Part shown: in pieces, positions 37,629-48,024 of the stretch
Layout: each line of letters starts with the position of its first letter
Position numbering within the stretch: the first letter of the stretch is position 1
Notes under the pieces: model-generated
Databases searched by the model: none
What the model was told of the DNA's origin: nothing
Seen by the model: only the letters and a program-made list of their open reading frames with translations
Assembly (NCBI GenBank): GCA_965240325.2
Contig: OZ251230.1
Location: 1,798,001-1,862,000 of the forward strand
Reading direction: 5' to 3'
DNA from: Rebecca billardiae RCC1528
Lineage: Eukaryota; Protista; Haptophyta
DNA length: 64,000 nt
Made by a program: the position numbers and the translations under genes

Positions 37629-39083
37629 TCAAAGTCCCATTCGCAGGCGCGACACATCCACCCACGCGCTCGATGCCAGCGTGACGACAGCTGGCAGCTT
37701 CGTCCCTGCTACAGCAGGCGTCGAGCGCAAGATTGCGCTCGCGTTGCGACCCTCCTCCATGTAGAATCGACCTCGGGCCTTATGAGCGTTCCGGTCGCCG
37801 ACGGCAGTGCAGGCCGTGTAGTCGTCCGCGCGGGTGAACACGCGAATGGTCGATCCGTACGCCGCCTGGGCCACAGCAGCAGCAGTGAGCCCAAAGCTCG
37901 AGAAGGACACGATGAGCACGGCGCAGCGCTCAGCGAGCAGTCGCCACATGCTCAGTGTTGAGCTGAGGGGTGGAAGCGCGTCGTCTAGGGGTTTGCGAGG
38001 CTGCAACCGGCCCAAGCGTCTGCCGCGCCGCTTGCGGCCCTGTCCCTCGCGGCCCAGCAACCCGTGGAGCTCGCCGAGCAGGCCGTCGACCGGTCTTGAG
38101 TGCTTGGGCTGATCTGGCTCGACATGGAGAAGCGAGCCAAGCTCGGCCTGCGCGTTGGCGCGGAGCGCGCTCGAGTCGGTGGAGAGGTGCCACCACGGCG
38201 CGCGGCCGCCCCACTGGGGTTGTCGCGCCTCGAGCTGACGCGCGCAGTCGAAGAGCGCGGACAGGTGCCGCGTTGAGATGTTCCGCGCCTGGCCGTACTG
38301 CTCTCCTGCTATTCTTGCGCCGGCAAACAGGTCAGAGTCGACGTCGACGTCGTCGTGGCGCGGGAGGACGGTGCCGGTGCGCACTTGGAGGCAGACGCCA
38401 CGCGGCTTGTGCGCGCCACCGACGAGATGTCGGAGGTCAGGATCGTGCTGCTCTCTCGCGCGCAGCTTGGCGCTCGGCTGCAGCAGCGCATGCAGCACGC
38501 ACGAATCCCACGCGCCCATCTGGGCTGCAGTGGGCGGCTTCGGCCCGAGCTTGAGGGTGTCCATCAGCTTTTGGCGGAGGCGGCGCGAGGAGAGGAGCGC
38601 CCTCGTTGGGCCGCGGTTGCCCGTCATGACCACCCATCGCATGTGCGCCTGGTCAAGCGCGACCAGCCGCTGGAGGCCCTCCTGGAACTTGTCAAACGGC
38701 GAGTTGCGGAATCGAAACAGCGTCACGTTCGGCGTGAGCGCGCAAGGCACGGGATGGTCGACGTGCTCGCACTGCTTGAGCGCAGTCGGCGCGAGGGCAC
38801 TGTGGAGAAGGCTCTGCTCGCTCGCCCCCAGCGGCGAGACGCCGAGCCTGCCCCAGCTCACGAGGCTTTCCATGTGTGGCCAGAAGATCCGCAGCGCGCT
38901 CCTGCGCAAGATCGCGACCCACACTGCGCACATGAGGCCGGTGAAGATGTCGCCAATGCCTTGCCTGGGAGGGACGAAGAGCACCTGCCCATGTGCCTGC
39001 CTCTGCGCGTGCATCAACGCGTTCAGAGGCAGCACGAAGCGGCCGCACTCGGGCCCACCCGTCGTGGCATTCTTCGGTGCCAT
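37629..39083 (-). CDS. Fucosyltransferase-like protein (GT11/23/37-type motifs), copy 1
   Basis: GIGDIFTGL...ALRIFWP, CLQVRTG, HLSTDS, LLAERCAVLIVSFSSFGLTAA. Confidence 0.7.
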   Translation of the reverse strand: MAPKNATTGGPECGRFVLPLNALMHAQRQAHGQVLFVPPRQGIGDIFTGLMCAVWVAILRRSALRIFWPHMESLVSWGRLGVSPLGASEQSLLHSALAPTALKQCEHVDHPVPCALTPNVTLFRFRNSPFDKFQEGLQRLVALDQAHMRWVVMTGNRGPTRALLSSRRLRQKLMDTLKLGPKPPTAAQMGAWDSCVLHALLQPSAKLRAREQHDPDLRHLVGGAHKPRGVCLQVRTGTVLPRHDDVDVDSDLFAGARIAGEQYGQARNISTRHLSALFDCARQLEARQPQWGGRAPWWHLSTDSSALRANAQAELGSLLHVEPDQPKHSRPVDGLLGELHGLLGREGQGRKRRGRRLGRLQPRKPLDDALPPLSSTLSMWRLLAERCAVLIVSFSSFGLTAAAVAQAAYGSTIRVFTRADDYTACTAVGDRNAHKARGRFYMEEGRNASAILRSTPAVAGTKLPAVVTLASSAWVDVSRLRMGL

Positions 39084-39309
39084 CGTCGATCAAGCAGCAA
39101 GGTACCAGCATTCATTCCTTTGGTACCAGTACCAAGTTCAAAGTCTGCGACGACCACCCGCTGCTCACCAGTGACCAGGCACGCCTTTTGATTCTCCGTC
39201 CACCAACTGGGCGGGCCGTCCGCGTCCGGGGCGACGGGCCGTCAGCTTGCCGGCCAGGCGGTGGCGTTGCCCTCGGCCCGCTTGCCTACTGACTGCTCCA
39301 CTCTCCGCA

Positions 39310-40280
39310 AGCGCGCCTGCACGTGCCTCCTGACGCGTCTCTCGCTTGCTCACTCAGTCAGCTGCGGTCACGCGGCCGCCGGCCCGACAGCCAGCCGACG
39401 GAGGGAAGATTTGAGCCGCGGCCGCGGCTCGGCGCCGCCGTGCGCGGGCGGGCGTCCGCGTGCCTTACCGTGAGCAGTGGCGCACTCTCGCAGGCGGTCT
39501 CAAGGAGAGCTGCGCGTGATCCGCATTTCTCGCCCGCGCTGCCCGCTTGCTCACGCAGCCAGCTGCGCCTGCGGTGTCAGGCTCTGTGTCGCGCCCTGGG
39601 CCGCTGCCACGGCCACTGCTTGCAACACACCGCCACACCTTCATTCACAGCAGCAGCCGAGACGAGCAGGCACTTGACGTGCGGGAGCACTGCATGTGTC
39701 GCGACGCGCCGAAGAAGTGACTCTGGTGACTCACTGGCTGCCAGCGCTATTAATACTGCTGCTAGCGACTCTAGCCGACAGCTCGGGGCTGCGTCAGGGG
39801 CGTTCCCCGAGTTCCCCACTCTGGTCATACAGTACGGTGACATACAGTACGCTGCAAATTGAACCGTCTTCCTATTGAAACAGGCTTCCTCCATTTGAAG
39901 CGGGTACATTTGAATACGGAAAATGGCAAAGACCCCCCAGGGGGTCTTTGCTTTTCAGGAGCGTGTGGCAGGAACCCGGGAACGCCCTTGACCGGATCGT
40001 ACGCGGATGCCGATTCATTACAGTCACCGGCTCAGGCTGCAGCCGCTGCCCGCTGCAGGAGCTGTCAAAGTGCAGGCAGCACTCTGCACTGTCAGCTGTC
40101 CCGAAGCACGCGTCGCATGGTAAGCCTACTGCGACGCCGCCGTGATCCAGACCGGGGCGAAATACTAGCGAGTGCGGTCGACAGCGGATATACTTGAGGA
40201 CCGTGTAAGCTACCGCGTCCGACGCGGGCCCCCAACTACTGTAGCTGTGTTGGCAATGATCGATACAGTATACGATTATC
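39310..40280 (+). mobile_element. Degenerate family A-related remnant (boundaries uncertain)
   Basis: 39312-39366 resembles the beta body (GCGCCTGCACGTGCCTCC...CAGTCAGCTGCG); CGCGGGCCCCCAACTAC at ~40223-40239 resembles the sub-terminal IR region. Confidence 0.4.
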
Positions 40281-40327
40281 CGGAACGCATTGGGACGACG
40301 ACCAGTGTAGTCTTAAGTTTGAGCATG

Positions 40328-40329
<2 letters not shown>

Positions 40330-40379
<50 letters not shown>
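40330..40379. repeat. (TA)n microsatellite
   Basis: Seen directly. Confidence 0.95.
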
Positions 40380-40382
<3 letters not shown>

Positions 40383-41195
40383 GCGTTATTGGCACAATAA
40401 CTGAGTGTCTGAGAGCGACACCAAGATCCGGCTCGCTTGGCATCAGCAACCAGCCGTCCGGCCGGCCGCCGGGGCGCCCGCCGCCCAGCGCGCGCAGTCC
40501 TGGTCGGACCCCTTTTCGGCAGCCAATTCGGTCGGCACCGGGCACCGCCTGCAGGACTTGCTCGGCGATTCTTGTTTCGATCATTGCGGCTCGGCCCAAG
40601 GTACGGGGGCGTCCCGACACAAGGCGCCGAGCTCGGGCAGGGGGCCCACGACACCGCACGCTACACTCTCCTCCGACCACTCTTGTGAGCTCGGCACACA
40701 GGAGGTGTACGCCTTTGGTAGTCCCCTCTGCTCGGTGAGGTTGCTGCTGTCAGCGCCTCCGCCCTGCAGCGCCACACCGCAGCCGCGTCGTCGCTCGTCC
40801 GGCATCACATTCTCGTCCAGCAGCTCACGTGCTGCCGCGTCAGCTCCGCGGCGGTTCACTGTTTGCCCACCCTCCCACCCTCTGTCTGGGATAACGGTGC
40901 TGCCACCCGTGCTGTCTGGTCAGCCAGATCGGCCGTCGACCTCCGTGACTGACGGACCTCACGGGCGCCCTCTCGACCACGGGCAGCTGCGCCTCCGCAC
41001 TGCCCGCGCCCGTCGTTCGTTGGTAAAATCCCGACCTATATGTAACATGATCGTGTCTCGCAATCATGATCATAGTGGACTGTCCCAAGACGCAGTTCAC
41101 GCCACGACCATCCAGCTCTCGGTCGTGCTCGACTCCGCTTCGAGCGAGCAGGGCATGGCGGAGCGGTTAGACATATGTATATATGTATAGTCGTT

Positions 41196-41196
41196 A

Positions 41197-41288
<92 letters not shown>

Positions 41289-41348
41289 GAATGTGTGTGT
41301 GCGTGTGTGTGTGTGTGTGTGTGCCGTGTGTGTGCGTAGTATATATAT
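41196..41348. repeat. (TA)n(TG)n compound microsatellite
   Basis: Seen directly. Confidence 0.95.
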
Positions 41349-41984
41349 ACGACGGACAGCGGTAATAATCTTATGACCGATGACGGCGAGGTGAACCAGC
41401 TTCAATAATTATTCGTCGTCAATAATAATCGACAATGTGATCAGTAGTGAATCATTGACGCGTGATACTAGCCGCAACTCTTTCACGGTCACGCCCACGG
41501 TGACGAGTTCGTCCGAAGAGTCTGATGCAGCAGCATATCAGGCCGCCGCAGGATCGCCGGGCGCTAACCCGCGCCGCTAGAATTAACTGAATGCGTGCCG
41601 CCCATCGGCTGCGCAAACTGTCACTGTAGTCTATACAGCACTGACGCGTTGCTGATCAGCAGCCCTTCCCTGGCCAGCCCCCACAGTGCCACGCGCGATT
41701 CGTTTCGTTCTCGTTCTCAGACACGTCAGTCATATGAGCGGAAAACGACGATTGTGAAACGGTCGGCACGCGCCGCCCCGTTGTCGGCCCAACGTCATCC
41801 ATTACGCCCACGGTCCTGGAACGTCGGAGCAGCCTCAGCTGCTGCATGTTGAGTCCGCGCCTGATTGACGACGCGCGATTCGAGCGTGAGCCGTCACTCG
41901 GAGAACCTGAAGCACCAACACCCTGCCCTGCGACCCATGGTTACGAAGCAAGTGCGCTATGATTCCCTGGGGTTTGCAGCGCGG

Positions 41985-42248
41985 TTAGAGGACTCGATCG
42001 CTTCCTGCCACGCGCGGACACCGTGGCACGTGTGAGCATCGCCGCAGCAGCGCAGCAGGCATCGGCGTTCGCGCATTGCACACCTGTTGGAAGTGCAGGG
42101 CGATGCAGTCTCTCAACCGCTCAAAATCGCCAAGACACTCCTCGTTTGCCACCCACTGCCCGGCCAGCAGCTTGTCGAAAAACCACCTCTTTGTGCACTG
42201 CGCGTACGCCTCCTGTGCCTCCGCGCACCTCTCGCGAGCGCGCTCCAT
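41985..42248 (-). CDS. MDM35: Mdm35/TRIAP1-family twin CX9C protein (3' exon uncertain)
   Basis: CAEAQEAYAQC-TKRWFFDKLLAG-...CLGDFERLRDC pattern; probable intron after ...HFQQ. Confidence 0.75.
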   Translation of the reverse strand: MERARERCAEAQEAYAQCTKRWFFDKLLAGQWVANEECLGDFERLRDCIALHFQQVCNARTPMPAALLRRCSHVPRCPRVAGSDRVL

Positions 42249-42400
42249 GCTTTCGACCACCCTTGCAGCTGTGCCTTTCGAGGAGTCGAGGATGCACACG
42301 CGCCACTGAACAACTGAAGAACTGAGTCTGAGGAGTCTGAAGAATCAAGACCCCAGTCACCCCACAGACCACGGCGATGGCGCCCATGCAGTAGTTCGCG

Positions 42401-43858
42401 ATGCCCGCCCGCACACCGAATGCTACAGCCGGTGGGCCCGAGTGCGGCCGCTTCGTGCTGCCTCTGAACGCGTTGATGCACGCGCAGAGGCAGGCACATG
42501 GGCAGGTGCTCTTCGTCCCTCCCAGGCAAGGCATTGGCGACATCTTCACCGGCCTCATGTGCGCAGTGTGGGTCGCGATCTTGCGCAGGAGCGCGCTGCG
42601 GATCTTCTGGCCACACATGGAAAGCCTCGTGAGCTGGGGCAGGCTCGGCGTCTCGCCGCTGGGGGCGAGCGAGCAGAGCCTTCTCCACAGTGCCCTCGCG
42701 CCGACTGCGCTCAAGCAGTGCGAGCACGTCGACCATGCCGTGCCTTGCGCGCTCACGCCGAACGTGACGCTGTTTCGATTCCGCAACTCGCCGTTTGACA
42801 AGTTCCAGGAGGGCCTCCAGCGGCTGGTCGCGCTTGACCAGGCGCACATGCGATGGGTGGTCATGACGGGCAACCGCGGCCCAACGGGGGCGCTCCTCTC
42901 CTCGCGCCGCCTCCGCCAAAAGCTGATGGACACCCTCAAGCTCGGGCCGAAGCCGCCCACTGCAGCCCAGATGGGCGCGTGGGATTCGTGCGTGCTGCAT
43001 GCGCTGTTGCAGCCGAGTGCCAAGCTGCGCGCGAGAGAGCAGCACGATCCTGACCTCCGACATCTCGTCGGTGGCGCGCACAAGCCGCGTGGCGTCTGCC
43101 TCCAAGTGCGCACCGGCACCGTCCTCCCGCGCCGCGACGACGTCGACGTCGACTCTGACCTGTTTGCGGGCGCAAAAGCAGGAGCGCAGTATGGCCAGGC
43201 GCGGAACATCTCAACGCGGCACCTGTCCGCGCTCTTCGACTGCGCACGTAAGCTCGAGGCGCGACAACCCCAGTGGGGCGGCCGCGCGCCGTGGTGGCAC
43301 CTCTCCACCGACTCGAGCGCGCTCCGCGCCAACGCGCAGGCCGAGCTTGGCTCGCTTCTCCATGTCGAGCCAGATCAGCCCAAGCACTCAATGCCGGCCG
43401 ACGGCCTGCTCGGCGAGCTCCACGGGTTGCTGGGCCGCGAGGGACAGGGCCGCAAGCGGCGCGGCAGACGCTTGGGCCGGTTGCAGCTTCGCAAACCCCT
43501 AGACGACGCGCTTCCACCCCTCAGCTCAACGCTGAGCATGTGGCGACTGCTCGCTGAGCGCTGCGCCGTGCTCATCGTGTCCTTCTCGAGCTTTGGGCTC
43601 ACTGCTGCTGCTGTGGCCCAGGCGGCGTACGGATCGACCATTCGCGTGTTCACCCGCGCGGACGACTACACGGCCTGCACTGCCGTCGGCGACCGGAACG
43701 CTCATAAGGCCCGAGGTCAATTCCACATGAAGAAGGGTCGCAACGCGAGCGCAATCTTGCGCTCGACGCCTGCTGTAGCAGGGACGAAGCTGCCAGCTGT
43801 CGTCACGCTGGCATCGAGCGCGTGGGTGGATGTGTCGCGCCTGCGAATGGGACTTTGA
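42401..43858 (+). CDS. Fucosyltransferase-like protein, copy 2 (inverted near-identical duplicate)
   Basis: Protein differs from 37629-39083 at few residues outside the extreme N-terminus. Confidence 0.72.
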   Translation: MPARTPNATAGGPECGRFVLPLNALMHAQRQAHGQVLFVPPRQGIGDIFTGLMCAVWVAILRRSALRIFWPHMESLVSWGRLGVSPLGASEQSLLHSALAPTALKQCEHVDHAVPCALTPNVTLFRFRNSPFDKFQEGLQRLVALDQAHMRWVVMTGNRGPTGALLSSRRLRQKLMDTLKLGPKPPTAAQMGAWDSCVLHALLQPSAKLRAREQHDPDLRHLVGGAHKPRGVCLQVRTGTVLPRRDDVDVDSDLFAGAKAGAQYGQARNISTRHLSALFDCARKLEARQPQWGGRAPWWHLSTDSSALRANAQAELGSLLHVEPDQPKHSMPADGLLGELHGLLGREGQGRKRRGRRLGRLQLRKPLDDALPPLSSTLSMWRLLAERCAVLIVSFSSFGLTAAAVAQAAYGSTIRVFTRADDYTACTAVGDRNAHKARGQFHMKKGRNASAILRSTPAVAGTKLPAVVTLASSAWVDVSRLRMGL

Positions 43859-44258
43859 CGATGACAGTCGTCATTACTCCGCACCGCCAGTCATATTTTA
43901 GCGGACAGATCGGACAGAGACTGGCTGCTACGAGTACGATTGTCATCAAAGTTGAGGAATAATCCTGAAGCAGTAGTAACAGTGGCCGGTATCTGATCAT
44001 GATCCGCCACCATCGTGATCGGTGACATCATAGCTACGCTACTGCTATACGCCATCAGCAGCTCGCTACGGCAATCAACGCTATACCGCCTTACGAGTTA
44101 CGGCCTTATTTTATTTATATAATACGGGCGCTGCGCCAGTGACGGCGGCTCACCGGGCGAAGTTACCATCTAAGCTACAGTACATGCTTTACCGTCGTCT
44201 GTCGACGTTATCGTCACTGGCAACTCGCCTGAGCCGAATAGACGAATAGTAGCTACCG

Positions 44259-44262
<4 letters not shown>

Positions 44263-44332
<70 letters not shown>
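44263..44332. repeat. (TA)n microsatellite
   Basis: Lies 13 nt beyond the A7 3' end. Confidence 0.95.
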
Positions 44333-44334
<2 letters not shown>

Positions 44335-44345
44335 CTGATGATATA

Positions 44346-45678
44346 TGACCGCGTTCCGCGGTCCTTTTCCGTAGAACGAACGTAGTTCAGGGCCCGCGGT
44401 GGCGGTGCACCCTCCATCGCAGTCGTCTATTGACAGACCCGGAGTTGCATGCCCGTACAACTAGACTCCAGCGGCGCGCCGCCGCCCGCCGCGCCGGGCG
44501 CGGGCCCATCGCACTTCGCAGCCGCCGGCGCGGCGCCGATTGTGTACAGGCGGATGCGACGAGGCGTGATCGACGCATGAGCGCGACTCCACGTGCACGC
44601 CAGGCCACGCGAAGCTGACAGCCAGGGAGCACGGTGCGGGGCCGCGGATTCGTTCGGGCCGCTGCTGCTGACTGACCACTTTCCCGCGGGTCACCGCGCA
44701 CCGGCAGCGCCAGGATAGTTAGATGATTTGCACTGGTCCGAGTAGGGTTCGACCAGCGCCTGCGCGACGGCCGACAGGCGGGCGCGAGGCGTGATCGACG
44801 CATGAGCGCAACTCTACGTGCACGCCAGGCCACGCGGTCGGCGGTGCTGTCAGCCCGAGGGAGCACGGTGCCGAGGTGCGAGGGCACCAGGCATGGCAAG
44901 GGCGGCGCGTGGTGAAGTCGGAGACTCAGAGATCGATCAGTCCGGCATCAGGCGCCGGCTGGCGCCGCTGCCCCCGAGCTTGCGAGAGCCCGAATACAGG
45001 GCGGCGCCGGCTGCCGCGGCGCAGGCGCCGGCCCGACGCGCGGCGGACGCGCAGGCAGTCGACACGGGGCGGCGGGGGCGCGCGGAGTGAGCGGGGCACG
45101 AACTCGATGTCGCCCGTCAGTCGGGACCCGCCGCAGCCGCGCGCACCAGGCGCCACTCGCCGCGCGTACCTCCCATCGCGGGGCCATCGCCGTCCTCACC
45201 CCGTCCCCTCGCGAGTGCGACGAGTCGGTCGCTCGTGGCTCGCCCCCTCGTCTTGCCTCTCGCAACCGACTGGCGTACAAAACGCGGCGGACGCGCCGCG
45301 CGCGATACGGATAGCTGCAGCGGATATTTATTTTCAATGTCTCGCACTATTGGAGTTGGTTGGACTATTATGTCAACGGTCGTTCTTGGCATCTTGCGGC
45401 GGCGCACTACATGAACGAGAGTCTACCCACAATTATTACCCAGCCTGGCACACTTGGGCGTGGGTTTCGTTGATTCCTCTGACTATACAAAAGGGCCGGG
45501 CGCGACCTTTTCGGCCGTGATGCGTGTTAGAGAGGGTCTCAAAATTCGAAACTCGGTCTCCTCCAGCCATGAAAATCGTCCCCCGTCCCTTTTTTCTTGA
45601 TCAAAGATCTTTTTGAAACGTGGTTAGGGCCCACGGAGCGGGCTCCACGCTGCGCGCTCCGCCCTGCACCGCGGGCCA
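44346..45678 (-). mobile_element. Family A element A7 (alpha body, variant 5' end)
   Basis: Reverse-complement termini; body shared with A2 and A4. Confidence 0.9.
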
Positions 45679-45752
45679 TAAGTCTGACGTCAATATTAAT
45701 CTGACGACTGACGACCTGACGTACGTACTACTCTTAGTGTCTTTAAGTCTTA

Positions 45753-47478
45753 TGGCCCGCGGTGCAGGGCGGAGCGCGCAGCGTGGAGCCCGCTCCGTGG
45801 GCACTAACCACGTTTCAAAAAGATCTTTGATCAAAGAAAAAAGGGACGGGGGACGATTTTCAGGGCTGGAGGAGACCGAATTTCGAATTTTGAGACCGCA
45901 AAGAGACATCCATTAGCGAGAAATGGGCACGTCCGGCTTGTTTGTATTCAGAGGAATCAACGAAACCCACGTCCAAGTGTGCGAGGGTGGGTAATTGTGG
46001 GTAGACTGTGACCATAGTAAATAAGCACATGACCATAGTAAAACAAGCCTCGCTGCCGCTACTAGGCGCGCGCCAGACACGGAGCGCGCGCACCAGTTGC
46101 GTCGCGCTGCGCACGGCCACGGAGCATGCGCGACGAGATCGCGGCGGGGGCGGCGAGATCGCGGCGGGGGCGACGGGCAACAACCTGCCCGCGGGCGCGT
46201 TCGTCACTCGAGGAGCAGCGCGCAAGGGCGAGCCGAGTCCGGAGCACGCGAGCTCGTCGCTCGCCGCCCGGAGCAGAGCGCGCCGCTGCGAGCGAGCGGC
46301 GCGGCAGAGCTGATGAGCCGGATGCGCCCGGAGCTCGCGCGGCTGAAGGGCGAGCTCGAGCACGCGAGCTCGCGCCTCGACGCCGAGCGCGAGCTCCTCC
46401 TCAACTCGGTCGACGGCGGCGCGGAGGTGCAGCAGCGTGAGGACGAGCAGGAGCATCAGTGAAACGCGCGCCGGTTCCGGGTCGCGCAGCGGTGCCCAGC
46501 TGCCTGCCACGCGAGCGGCGGCCACGTGGCGCGAGGAGCTGCGTGGGGAAATCGCCGCGCGCGTCGACGCGGCGATCACCGGGCTGCAGGCCTCGGCAAT
46601 CGACGCGGTGCGCACCCTCGCCGCCAGCCGCGACGACTCCGCTGTCGAGCTGCAGCAGCTGCGCGCGCAGATGCCAGAAGTGCCGATGGGCGGCGGCGTA
46701 TCAGCAGGCTGACGTGCACGAGCACGTGACACGCGGAGGCGCTAGGCGCCAAGCTGGCGAAGTGCGGCGCCGAGCTCGACGAGCTGAGCGACGCGGCAAC
46801 GGACGCGCTGGGCGCCCGCGCCGCCATCGTCGCGGCGCCCTCCAGCAGCTCGAGCAGCTGTGGATAGTTGGCCGTCGAGGCGACCGCGGGTGTGACTCAC
46901 AGTGTGAGTGAGCCGGCGCGCGGCTCAGCCTGCCGCTGGCAGCCGCCGTCTTCGAGGCCGACGCGGCGGAGGAGGCGGCGGGCGAGCACGGCGGCGCGGT
47001 GGAGCAGGCGCGCACGCGCGGCGGCAGGCGCGACGCGCCGCTCGCCTCGTTCCACCGCCCCGAGCTCCGCTCGGTCGGTCTCGGTGCGAGGCTGCGCAGC
47101 CGGCAGGCCGGGGCCAGCAGTGGCGCGCGCTCTCGCTCTGCCGGCACGAGCGACCAGCGGCCCGTCGTCGAGCGCATGGCGCAGGGCGAGTACCTCAAGC
47201 AGGTGCGCCCGCTCGCGCGCACGCGCCGGCTCGCGCCGCGCCAGCGCCTCTCGCCCTGCCTGCGCGCGCGCGCCGGCCGCTAGTCCCCGCGGCGGCCCGC
47301 GGACCCGCGGCGACAGTCCTCGGCCCGCCGGCCCGGTGGGCGGCAGTGACTGAGTTGGCGGTGGCAGCTCAGGCGAACTGTTACACAAGTCAGACTGAGA
47401 CAGCAGCCGACGGAGGGTGCGCCGCGGGCCCCGAACTACGTTCGTTCTACTACGGAAAAAGACCGCGGAACGCGGTCA
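45753..47478 (+). mobile_element. Family A element A8 (unique coiled-coil-like cargo)
   Basis: Both termini present; alpha-type first ~290 nt, then unrelated sequence. Confidence 0.88.
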
Positions 47479-48024
47479 TATATATAGATCATGGCGCACG
47501 GCCCCCCCCCGAAACTGAAAGGTCTGAGCGTGAGCGAAAGCCGGGGGGGGGGCGGCGCACGTGCTCCGCAAAATCAAAAAGAGGATGCGCGCAGGATTTT
47601 GGGGATTTTTCGGTAGGTGGCCACCGCGTATGAGTGGATATCGCTGCCGCAATGATTGCGTTTGTAGTAGATGCTAATTTTAACGATAGTAACACTTAGG
47701 GGAAATGCAGGGCGGAATAGCACATAACACCAGCCGTGTGTTAGAACATTCCGTCATAGTAAGATGCCTGAATTGTAAGAGCCTGAAACAGCTCGCCAAC
47801 CATAGAAACGATAGGTTGGGTCGTCAGCTTTGATTCACGCGCTTCTGAAAAACAGCGTTTTAGATTAGACGCATCCCTCTTCTCTTAAGAGAACTGCGCT
47901 TCAAAAACACCGTTTCAACGAAAGACGATCGCCCGCCATTCAACTGAAACGAGATTCTGCATAAAGCGAACCAAAGATGTTATTGCGCGGGTAGTCCGAA
48001 CCGACGTTCCCGCGCGCTCTCATA

